64,000 nucleotides of DNA from Botryllus schlosseri (Eukaryota), in NCBI GenBank assembly GCA_051294905.1, contig CM119371.1, positions 4,962,001 through 5,026,000 on the forward strand, given 5' to 3'. Positions 24,682 to 36,825 of the stretch are shown in pieces. The notes under the pieces were generated by a model, which did no database searches, was not told the origin of the DNA, and saw only the letters and a list, made by a program, of their open reading frames with translations. Each line of letters starts with the position of its first letter. The first letter of the stretch is position 1. The translations under genes and the position numbers were made by a program.

Positions 24682-27600
24682 TTCATAGGCACTGTTCAGT
24701 TTAGCTGTTGGTTGTAGTTCTAATTCTAGTTCATGATTTTAAACAGCGTCTAGTTATAGTTCTCGTTGTGCATTTAAAAGAAAATTAGCTGCCGATGAAC
24801 TAAAACTTGAATCAGAAGTAGAGAACGTTTTGTCATCTAACGTTAATTGTTAGCCATTGCTAGCTCAGAATTATCACTAGTAACAGTTTAGCAGCTGGGG
24901 TGGTTTTCGAGGGACAAAACCTATCCCATTTCAAACTTGCACTGATGTTCATTGTTCATGCAGAAAGCCGATTCTAACAAGATAAATATGAAGTCAATTC
25001 GTTCGGGATTGCATCTCGTTGTATTTTATAGTTGTGATCGTTTTTTCTAGCGTCTCTAAAAGTGGATGATTCGAATTTTGATTACTCAATTTGAAAATCT
25101 AGTAGTTGTAGAAGTCATACGGAGAACGGTGCTTTTTCCATGCATGTCTTGTCTATCTTGACAAGGGCTTGTAATATGGAATCGGTGTCCAAGGCACGCA
25201 GGATCACGCCGACTTGGTCGCCAGTTGCACGCGGTCACGTCGTCACGGGTCGTTGATTTCATTACAAAAATAAAAGAAATGAAAAAAAATTGAAAAAAGT
25301 CAATGTTCTCAGCCACCCCAAATGCTATATTCCAGTTAGTATGTGGTATATAATGTTTTGACCTAATCCTATAGCCAGGATCTGTTGATTACTGTCTGTT
25401 GGTAAAGTACTTGCACCTTACCAGTTGCTAACCATTAGCATCTGATCAGTCACACACAGTCATTTGAAGTCAGTAACCTTGCTTGTCAGGCCGCAAAGTT
25501 GACTCTGTCACGCGAAAAAAGCTTCTATCACGCAGGATTTATTTCAAAAAATGGACGGAGATTCCAGGATATCCTTTATCCAGGATAAAGATAAAGATAA
25601 AGATTAGAGTTTGGATAAAGATATATCTTTGAAAATGTTATGATACCGAGTACTGACATTCTCCGACAGCACTTGTCCAGTACGCCTTTACACATTGGGA
25701 AGTGATCCCCATGATCAACACCAATCGGCGTTCCCAAAAATACCATGACTGGTACACGAACGCAAATGAAATATCTGACACTGTCACATTTTCGTTTTAT
25801 CGATCGGGAATGATGTATTGTTTGCGCACATTCACAAAATGCATTGCATTTCACAAGTGAAATGCAACTCAATTGGCGTGTCGATTAAGAGAGATAATCC
25901 AGGTGAAAGAGATGAGAAAATAGGGAGCACTTAAATATCAAGCAAAAACCATAACTGTCAGCATGCTCATGGGGTGCATTGATTGGAGGTGATCATGGGG
26001 AACATTCCCCAATGTGTGCAGTATACCAAAGAAGGTATTGCAGCATGTGCATAAGTTGGCTAATTTTAAAAATCTTCAAACTTATTGTTGTCGTATAAAG
26101 CTTGTATCCCTGGAAGTATTGATGTTTGTCTCATGTTGTTTGGTTCAAGTTGCATTATAATTTGTGTTAGAAGCATATCGAGCTGCTTAATTATGGTATC
26201 CTATTGTTGGTTCTTATATTCAAATTCTCACTGTTGAAAATGTCACTTGTACTGATTGGCACAGGCACAATGATTCCAGTACCGTACTCGAATGTAGTAT
26301 TAAATGTGATAGGATCCAAGTTGAGTATTTAAAGATGATTTTTTTCCTTGATGCAATACTAAGTGTTGTATTATCACTGCCATACATCAGTGATTGAATT
26401 TGTTGGAAGTAAAGCAATCAGTTATTATGAGCTGAATTTCTCTTTTTAAAATGTGAACACTTCCTTATCATGTTTCTATCTAATTAGGAGGGTTATTACT
26501 ATTTGAAAATTGGTTTGGTATTTTTCATGCTGCCAAGACAACGCTCGTAAAAATGATATGAGGAACTGCAAATTAATTCATAGCGAGACTTACAAACGAC
26601 TACTCACGAGATACTGGGTGACAGTCTATGTTTATTAGCGCTTCTGCAGACTTGGAGAACTAGATAATTCAAGTTGTGTTATTAGAGTAATTAGAGCAAA
26701 ATAGTACGGTAGTTATATAATTGGAATCTAATTTGTGAAATGTTAATGTGCTCTAATTCTAATCAAATTTCTGCTCTTCCTGAAAATGCTACAAGAGATC
26801 CGTGTTATGCGAAATCGACTAAGCTCTGTTTATAGACATTTCCTAATCTCGATTTTATAGTACTCAATTCTGGTTTGATATGGACTGAGCTTCATTTTTT
26901 TGTATTTATTTGTAATGTGGAATTTAATTCAATTTTGAAGCTTTTGCGAATTCAGTAATTCTTATTTAATTTGGAAAACTAATTTTGTGTTGTTCTGAAA
27001 TTCCTCAACGTAATCAATCTAATATTATTTCGATGTGTCGTCTTTGCGTCGTAACATCCATTGATCATTAACAATGTTTGATTTTGACTGATCACCAGAC
27101 CTAAGACCGAACAGAAAATTTCCCCGACTTGAGTGTAACTGATAAATGTCTATATATAGTTCTTACAGACTTGGACATGATATAGTTCTAATTGTTTCAT
27201 TAGAATAATTAGAGCAAACTGCCAGTACTTATCCAATTTGTGCAATGAGTCGTTACTCCAATTCTAATCTAATGTCTGGTTTTCCTGGAAATGCTACAGG
27301 TAAAGTAGTTCTGTTAATGTAATACTCGTGAGTCAAGCTTGCCGTACAGACATTTGCTATTCGCCTGCTTATAAGAATGGACTCTGATATGAAGTGAACT
27401 TGATTCAAGTTTTCAAGAATCCAGATAATTGTAATATATTTTGGAAAGAAATGTATAACTAGAATTCTAATCCAATTTCGAATAGCTGAAAATGTATTTG
27501 TCCAATTCTGCCTGTTATCTGTTAAGGTATTTTCTGAAAAAGCTCAAAACATGGTGAGGCCCTCAATGAGCCCACATTTCGTAGAATGCCACTCTTTATT

Positions 27601-27769
27601 ACATAGCACATTTTAACGACTCCTATTGATTAGCATTTGAAATTAAATTTCCATGTTCGCTAAGAAACGTCCAAGTCGGGGACTAAACCTTGATCGACTT
27701 TAGTACAGGCGCTGTAAAACCTGCAAAGGGTTGCTAATTTCGAATTGTGTGTGGATAGGTTTAAGATTA

Positions 27770-28642
27770 CCGTAATTTTCCATGTATAATCCGCAAAATT
27801 TTCACGATTTTTTTGCCCCAAAATCAGGGGGTGCGTACTATACATGGCAACAACACGCTTGAAAAAAATCTCCCTCGATGAAAAACTTGAAATCACACCT
27901 TTCTTCATGCTTGTTTCCGATCGCGCATCACTTTCAGCCATGTGCCCAGTAAATCGTATTATCAGTGCAACTCGCTACCAATTAGCAAAAAGCGTGTTGC
28001 CAATTAACGAGAGTCTTCTGCACAGCACGCAATTTCCTGCTGAGTTGGTTTGCCGTTTGCACACGAGCAAAATTAGGTTATTCATTGATAGCTGAACGTG
28101 CGCGCGGCGATCCTCGCTAATTCATCGACAGGCCATGTGGGCAAAATATATTCTTTAGCGTAATCAGTCGCAGCTCCAACAGACATGGTGTGCACGACAT
28201 AACCGTTGGCCTTGGAAAACGCATCTGGCCTCATGCGCAAGATGTCACATCGCCGGCCTCGCAGGCTTTGGCTGCTATCTACTATCATATAGAGGCAATA
28301 CCATTACTTGTATAACGATTAGCAATCGCATCTGTAATAGGCCTCGTTTCGCTGGCCCGAACTATCGCGTCGCCAGCCTCGCAGGCTTTGGCTGCTCTGC
28401 ACTATCGTTTGGAGACAATACCGTTAATTGCATAATGATTAGACATGGTTGACGGTTGTGTCATGATTGTTCGACAGTGACATTGCAAAACAGAATAACA
28501 TCGCGTATTAAAACACAGCTATTCATGTACTGTGAATTCAGGGTGCGTACCATACATGGGTACAGGCTTTTTCGCAGAATTTGCATGCCATTTTAAGGGT
28601 GCGTATTATACATGGGGGCGTACTATACTTGGAAAATCACGG
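27770..28642. mobile_element. Tc1/pogo-like MITE
   Basis: ta|CCGTAATTTTCC...GGAAAATCACGG with subterminal gggtgcgtacta repeats; partial copy at ~62860-63240. Confidence 0.7.
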
Positions 28643-28698
28643 AAGGCGAAGTTGGTTTGTAGAAGGGACAAAATACTGAAATATCTGTATGCTGAGTC

Positions 28699-31299
28699 TA
28701 GGGTGGAGTGAAAAATGAAAATTTTTGAATTTCAAAAAAGGGTCTTGATATGTGGTGCCAAATGGTAAACAAATAAATTCTATCATATTTTTGGGTTCGT
28801 ACACCCTCTAGTGGTCGTGCAATTTCACTGAACGAGCCAAGAACAGCTAATTTCGCCATATCTTGATCATCACTTACACTAGAAAGTCAGTTTTGGGCTT
28901 AAAAGAAGCAGAAGCAACATGTTCCTATCTCACTTCCATAGAACTTGCTCTTAAAAATGAACAGAAAAAAAGTTACAAGCAAATTTCTGATTTTATAGGT
29001 AAAATGAAGCACTGAAGCAGTGGGTAGGATGTCAAAAGCGTGTAGTGATTGATCTTATGACTGAGCAACATACCCTATCAATTAGAACTACTTTTCAAAA
29101 CTTGCCGAAACAAATGAAACCCCCTACAAGCATATATAGGGCTCGGGCATCGAATAGAGACCGCAAAAACTGTGTTTAAAACAGCGTCCATTGGTAGTGC
29201 AGCGTCACAATATCGGTAAGTTTATAACAACGGCCCTCATGAGATTTCTTACCAAAATGCTGTCGTAGGGTTTGTATCATATTTGTCACAAAGCTCCTGA
29301 ATGAAAGCACAAAAATTAGAAATACACATTCAAAACAAAAACATCAATTCTATACTGGAAACAGAAGATTTTTGTAGCAGTATCACATGAGTATCAGTGT
29401 GCACGAACATTAAAATCATGTTTAGTATTGAAAGATTTCATCTGCTTTCAAGACTTCAGTTTTTGTCTGATGAGGCTATCGCTACGTTCAAATCTTGAAA
29501 TATGGGTACTGGGTAGATGCTTCAGTAACCACGTTTTAATGTATTTCCACTGCCTGGTTGTGGCAAGGATGACTGAGACGTAATGGTGATGATCTTAGGT
29601 TTTCCACCTCGACATCTGACAAGGTCTTGATTGCATGCGTCTGTTCAATATCTTTGTGGTTTAAGTTGATTTTTGGTGGAAAGATTAAGCCTTGATGTTG
29701 ATAACTGGAATTTGGAAGAAACTGAAGCTCATTGTCGCTGTTTTTAGGTTTAGTGTCATTTATATATCTTCCTTCAAATTCATGATTGGAATTTGGTACG
29801 GCATGGTTGTTCTGCGCATAGCAGTAATCTTGTTAACTGTAAATCTTCGGGCGTTTCATTCCTCGTCACCAAAAGCATTCCCAGCAAATAATTTTCTGGA
29901 TGTTCTAAATGAGCATTTCTTCGTAGCAAAGATAGTGCAAGATAGTGAATTCGGGTATCAGTCAGCTTTGTGACACGGGAAACTATATTGTGGACATTTT
30001 TAGCACCATCAACAATGGATTGTGCATTTTTATTTGAAACCATGACGGAAAATAGACCTCCATGCAGAATTGAGCAAGACAGCTCGGATTTCTCGATGGA
30101 CGACTCTGCCCCACATGGTACTTTGAAATTTGAGACGCGAGAGTCAACCATATTGAATGAACGATGGGCCCAGCCTCTAAATATTGCAGATCTGGTTCCA
30201 ATTGACGACTTTGAAGGAGGATATATAAAGGAAACCAAACCCTAAAGCAGCAACATTGACACCAGCATCAGATTCTTCGAAATTCCAGTCATCAACATCA
30301 AGGCTTAATCTTTCCACCAAATTGTCAACTTGTACCTCAAAAATATTGAACAGCCGCCTGCATCGCAATCAAGACCTTGTCTGATCACGAGCTGGGAAAC
30401 CTATGATCATCGCCATTAAGACTCAGTTATCCTTGCCACAACCAGGCAGTGGATAGACATATAACAGCGGTGACATAAGCATCCGCTCGATGTTTCAGGA
30501 TTTAAACGTAGAGATGGCCTCATCAGACAAAAACTGAGGTCTTGAAAGCAGATGAAATATTTCAATACTAAACATGACTTTATTGTTTGTGCACACTGAT
30601 ACTCATGTGATACTGCTACAAAAAAATTCTGTTTCCAGTATAGAATTGATGTTTGTGTTTTGAATGTGTATTTTCAATTTTTGTGCTTTCATTCAGGAGC
30701 TTTGTGACAAATATGATACATACCCTACCACAGCATTTTGGTAAGAAATCTCATGAGGGCCGTTGTTATAAACTTACCGATATCGTGACGCTGAACTACC
30801 AATGGACGCTGTTTTAAATAGGCAACAGTTTTAGCAGTCTCTATTCGATGCCCGAGCCCTATTTATGCTTGCAGGGGGTTTCATTCGTTTGAGCAAGCTT
30901 TGAAAAGTAGTTCTAATTGATAGGGTATGTTGCTAAGTCATAAGATCAATCACTACACGCTTTTGACATCCTACCTACTGCTTCAGTGCTTAATTTTACC
31001 TATAAAATCAGAAATTTGCTTGTAACTTTTTTTCTGTTCATTTTTAAGGGCAAGTTCTATGGAAGTGAGATAGAAACATGTTGCTTCTGCATCTTTTAAG
31101 CCCAAAACTGACTTTCTAGTGTAAGTGATGATCCAGATATGGCGAAATTAGCTGTTTTTGGCTCGTTAGGTGAAATTGCACGACCACTAGAGGGTGTACG
31201 AACCCAAAATTATGATAGAATTTATTTGTTTACTATTTGGCACCACATATCAAGACCCTTTTTTGAAATTCAAAAATTTTCATTTTTCACTCCACCCTA
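28699..31299. mobile_element. Foldback element made of two 3' ends of a hATm-like transposon
   Basis: Termini TAGGGTGGAGTG...CACTCCACCCTA with ~1.1-kb inverted arms. The minus strand 30201 to ~29420 gives fragments GPIVHSIWLTLA, EVYFPSWFQIK, RRNAHLEHPEN, HPCHNQAVE, LIRQKLKS. The right arm repeats the C-terminal part on the plus strand. No clean TSD. Confidence 0.8.
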
Positions 31300-33128
31300 A
31301 ATTGCTGACGCTACATGATGTTCTTGACTGAATATTAAAGAGCCTGAAAAGTGGTTGTTGCTCTCAACGCGATTTGCCTTCCAAGTAGACCTATTAGTTA
31401 TTGATATGTGTAGTCCGATATCAAATTTTATTTTTTCAATCACACGAACCCCAGGGTCACACTGAGCCAGTCTCGGGGGTACGCTGGGGTCAAGACATAC
31501 ACCAGACTCACACAGCTGAAGTCTCTCTTATTTGCAGTAAATGTTCATTAATATTTTTTCTTTTTCTGTGAAAATCATTTTATAATGGTTCTGTAATTTT
31601 CAAGTTGTTGTTTATGCACAGCTGATTTCGCGCATCAATATTCTATAGTAATGCATCAGTTGTGTAATGAGATAGATTTTGATGTTCGTGATTAGGCGAA
31701 AATTTGTGGTGTTCCGAAGGCTTGCAGATTACCGTATGAGCTCGCTAAGTTAGTTAAAAAAGGTCAAGCTTTCACAATACCTTGCCTTTTGATTTGATGA
31801 TAAGTGGGTGGTGAAAGTTTTTATTAATGACCGAGCAGGTGTGTCTTGAAAAGTTGGAGAACTACTGTTCTAGAACAGGGGCTATCAGGGGGGCGCAAGA
31901 AATTTTTGTCAATTTTGTCAATGTCTGTATAAATTGTGAATAAACATGTTTTTCACAACCATTCTGAAGAGACGATTATTGAAGATTAAACTTAATTCGT
32001 ATTCTAGAAAACTTGCCAAACTCAACTCCAGCAGTCGCGCTCAACGGAGTATAGGCTGACTTCAACTTCATTTGAGCAAATTTTTGATATTATTTGAAAA
32101 TTTAGAGAAATTCTTACGTGCAAGTCATTCATTTTTTTTATAGCTTTAACAGTAGCCTAAATCTCTGTGCGCTAGGTAGCTGTTGTTGATAGCTGGCGAA
32201 CTACACTGCCTAAGACAGACTTAGATGCAATATAGGTTGGCCGGTTTCGCCCTCAATTTGGCTACAAATCAACACAATTTAATTCATTTCCAAAACTGAT
32301 GAAATTTAGAATGACAGGACAGAGCGACGCCGTGCTCTCTGTAGTCAGTACAAGCATCAGGATTAGTCTCAGTGCAACCTACCTTGAAATTAATTGATGT
32401 CCTTTTCAATGTTTTTTTGTTATTTTCAAACAAGTTTGTCAGCAATGTAAAAGACTTAACAACTGGAATGCGGATTCAAAATTGGCATATGATATACCTC
32501 ATGTAGCCTATACTATTAGATCAGGGGTGGGGAGCCCGTATGGCCGCATGCGGCCGTAGAAGGGAATTTGTGCGGCCTTAGACGCCTAATTCAATTAGTA
32601 TGTTGGGCGCAAAAACTATGCAAAACAAATTTGACTCGATTCCAAGCCGTAGAAGTGGAGTTATATCAGTTTTTTTTTGATAATTCTGGGATTATCCTTG
32701 ATCAGTGGTTAATCCATGAATTTTCATCGAAAAACTGGAATAACTCCGTTTCTATGGCTTGGAATTGAGTAAAATTTGTTTTGCATAGTCTTTGAAGACA
32801 GCCCAACAATTCCATTCCAATTCCAAAAAATTTGAAAAAAAATTTTTATTGCGTTTCTGGGCAAATTCAAAATTTTATAACTCTACGCAAACCGCGAATA
32901 TTGGTTGGAATGAAATCAAATTTGGTGTGCGTCGTTTTTTTAAGGCAACCTAACGATTTAATCACGTAGCCCGCAAGATTAAGGAAAAAAAAGGTTATTT
33001 TCGAACAGCCCTACTGTGCATAAATAATATCCTGAATGATGAATATATTATGATTTCAACGACTATTATTGGTATTGTAATTAATCATGTTTCCTAAAAT
33101 TCCGTTGTGTACAGCTGTCTGTCTGCAT

Positions 33129-34769
33129 TAGGGTTGTCCAAAATTCGGAAAATCTCAAAAAGTCTCCGCGATTGTGTCTCATTCTATAGATTATTGATAA
33201 AAAAACAACAATTAGCCTGAAAGAAGCTTACAGGAAAGCCGTTAAGATTTCGGTCAAAGCGTTTGAAAGTAGCTGCTCAAGAATGGGCGTGCCACTGACC
33301 ATAGAACGGCGACGAGACTAGTAATCAAATAACCACGGCTCTTGATTGGCTAATCGGCTATGCTTTAATGTCCACGGCAGCAGTAGCTTGCGGATTAGAT
33401 GTTCAAGAAGTCTGCTACCGGCGGGGATTCTGAGTGCGCATTGTTAGTAGTTTGGCAGGTGATGATTTAAGATTAATTCGGGACATGTTGAGGTACGAAA
33501 GACATGATGAACAAACAACACCTGCATCACAGAAGCTTTTACAGCATGACTGCTTCATTGTTAAGGATACGGATGAAGCCTACAATGTCGTGTTTTCATC
33601 GAGAGAAAGCAAAGGCGCTTATGCAATCGTTGAGCGAATTCACCGTTTCAGTACGGATCCACCATCAGTGAATACAAATATATAAAGCTTAACAATGACA
33701 CTATACTTTGTGTGATCTTATTGGATCCAAGTTGTAGTATATAGTGAAGTATTGAAGGTTCTAGGGATCGACTGAGTCGGCCGGTTATGCTTGGCAGTTA
33801 TACTTACAGCAAATTGAATTCACTTATAAGAGTCGTCAAAGTCCTTAATGATGCTGCAGAAAAGAGGTTTAAGGTAAGCACAGGCTATGCTGGATATGAT
33901 ATCCAAACTCTGCTGGATACTATATGCAGCATAGTCTGTGTTTTTCTTTACACCTCTTTTCTGCGGGATCAATAAGGACTTTGACATACAATATACAGCA
34001 CAGCCTGTGCGAGTGTGCGTACATTACCACCTCTTTTCTGCGTTATCATGAAGGACTTTAACAACGCCTACAAGTGCATTCAATTTGTTGTAAGCATCTG
34101 ATAAGGGCCAAGCATAACCGGCTGATTCCGCCGATCCCTAGACCATTCAAAACGTCACCTATATACTACAGCTTCAGCCCAATAAGATCACACAACGTAT
34201 AGTGTCATTGTTAAGCTTTATATATTTGTATTCACTGATGGTGGATCGGTACTGAAACGGTGCATTCGCTCAACACTTGCATAAGCGCCTTCGCTTTCTC
34301 TCGATGAAAACACGACATGTAGGCTTCAGCCGTTTCCTTCATAATGAAGCAGTCATGCTGTAAAAGCCTCTGTAAAGCAGGTAGTGTTTGTTCATCATGT
34401 ATTTCGTACCTCAGCACGCCCTGAATTAATCTTAAATCATCACCTACCAAACTACTAACAATGCACACTCAGAATCCCCGCCTGTAGCAGACTTCTTGAA
34501 CACCTGATCAGCAAGCTGCTGCTGCCATGGTCATTGAAGCATAGCCGATTAGCCAATCAAGAGCCGTGGTTATTTTATTACTGGTCTTCTCGCCGTTCTA
34601 TGGTCAGTGGCACGCCCATTCTTGATCAGCTACTTTCAAACGCTTTGACCGAAATCTTAACGGCTTTCCTGTAAGCTTCTTTCAGGCTAATTGTTTTTTT
34701 TTATCAATCTATAGAATGAGACACAATCACAGAGACTTTTTGAGATTTTCCAAATTTTGGACAACCCTA
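33129..34769. mobile_element. Foldback element made of two 5'-anchored, internally deleted copies of a hATm-like transposon
   Basis: Termini TAGGGTTGTCCAAAATT...AATTTTGGACAACCCTA with a perfect 8-bp TSD gtctgcat (33121-33128, 34770-34777) and ~750-bp arms. Transposase remnants (DDLRLIRDML, KLLQH, VKVLNDAAE) point inward from both arms. Confidence 0.85.
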
Positions 34770-35016
34770 GTCTGCATCTTCACCATTTCGGACATGCCTG
34801 TGAAAAGTTAAGCATACTAGCAATAGACAATAGACATGCATTCATTTTGATAAGTGAGGCTTAAGTCACGAGATGGCAATGCCACCCAGATTCGGGTAGT
34901 GGTAATAAACGTCGAAGAACCACTGGTCTCTAAAAGATTGTCGAACTCTCATCTGTCGGCTAGTGCTATCAGAGCTTGTGTTTAGCGCAACCAAGGCCAT
35001 GGTGCCTACTCCGAAC

Positions 35017-36302
35017 CAGACTTGGACAACTAGAAAATTTTCAGCTTTTTCGAATTAGATTAGAATTAGAGCTATACAGTCCTTTCCAAATTAGATTAGA
35101 ATTAGAATTAGAGTTACACATCTTTTTCCAAACTAGATTAGAATTATAACTAGAGCTAGACAAGTTTTCCAAATTAGATTATAATTAGAATTAGAGCTAC
35201 ACAGCTTTTTCCAAATTAGATTAGAATTAGAATCACTGAATTCGCAAAATAAAATTATGAATGGAAAGTGAATACAGCCATTCACAATGCATTCCCATAA
35301 CCATGAGAATGATGGTTACGCCCGTACACCAAGCTTGGCTCGTTTGGTACCATACCAGGGGTCACCGCGATCGCGGCCGGCGATCTGATTTGTGATTTTG
35401 GAAGAACGCGAAATAAAGCATTTTGAAATGCTAAACTTGTTTAAGTTTTAAATTATTGTGGTTATTTCAAAATAAGCTATTCGCCTGTGCCCAACAACAC
35501 TATTCCACACTAGATGAAACGGCTTCGGCGATGGCAACAGCATTCCACCGATGGAGAGTCAGCTGATATCAATAAGCACATTGCCTAGAAGTGCAATGAC
35601 TCAGACACGACCGAGACCAAGATGATTAGAAAACGGCATAGGACCGTCCCCACAAGATCAATCTTTAGGATGAGATAGTCTTTCAGCTAGTAACATGGCT
35701 GGCTAGTCACAAGTTCGTTTCATCAGTCGCGGTGAGGCGTTGTCGGGTATCGTGCGCAGCTCATAGTTCAGAATAAAGTGACGTTCATGATCATGATATT
35801 TCTTGCATTTGTACTACTTAATAATACATTGCTTCTTTTGTGGTACAGTAACCATGAGCATTGCACATGTTTGTCAGCACGGCGCTGTATACTAATGGAA
35901 AGTTTTAAAGACTGGAATGTTGTTCATTGACTACAAGCTACTATCCTAGCAGGCTATTATTCGTCACAATAACTGCTATGACTTACGGTGCAAGTAACGC
36001 GGATGGCGAGTTGGCATTGGATTTCCCTGCGCGAGAGGGATATTCTTGTTAATTCGCTGCAAAATGCCTCGGACAAAGAGGCATTTTCAGGAAAACAATA
36101 AATTAGATTAGAATTACAACTAGAGCAGAGGGGTATTTCACGAATTAAATTAGAATTAGAGCATAAAACATTTCACAAATTAGATTAGAATTAGAATTAG
36201 AGCATAGAATCATTTTATGAATTAGATTAAAATTAGATTACTTGCATTTCGCTCTAATTTAGTGAAATTAGACAACTAGAATTATCTAGTTGTCCAAGTC
36301 TG
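35017..36302. mobile_element. hAT MITE with (aattag/attag)n subterminal arrays; an abundant family in this window
   Basis: CAGACTTGGACAACTAGA...TCTAGTTGTCCAAGTCTG termini with perfect TSD ctccgaac. Decayed relatives at ~9280, 15915, 18200, 26650, 27170-27510, 47500, 59865 and 63595-63890. Confidence 0.9.
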
Positions 36303-36825
36303 CTCCGAACCAGATACTCGTCCCTAATCGCCTGGTTGAACCGGGCTGATGGCATCACACTTGTTCTAGAATTGTTCCGAATCTAATATTCAGTGATCCC
36401 GGGGATTTGTTGAAGACACAGTAAATTAGCAGTTTATTGTCTCGGAACTGAAATCTTTCGGACAATCAAGTTGAGACCTGAACGTCCCAAATCTTCTACC
36501 CGCAGCCAATATCCGAATCTGAAATGTGATTGTGATCTACAAATGTATGTGCGGAACATCTGTAAGGAACTACTCGTCTGAATTGTCAGGTTGCCGATCA
36601 TCACAATGCCTACGCTGATAATTGTACTAAACTGGTATTATTAGGTCATAAGTTTGTTGTTCTTGGATATTGTTATTTATCAAACTGTTCCGTTTTTGCT
36701 TATTTTTTCCGTTTTTCAGACTGGGCTGCCATAATATAAGCTTGGTTGAATACTTGTTTTTAAGTAGAGAGCGGTTGATGTGTGATGCTTGAAGAAGTAA
36801 AGTAACATACAGATAATCCAGAAAA

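Noticed and set aside
26220..26417. Similar short minus-strand ORFs at 26220-26417 and 59421-59627 as exons of a duplicated gene
   Set aside because: They overlap a repeat family seen throughout the window (gaaaaaatcatctctcactact...ctcgattcaga end) and have no conserved frame or splice sites.
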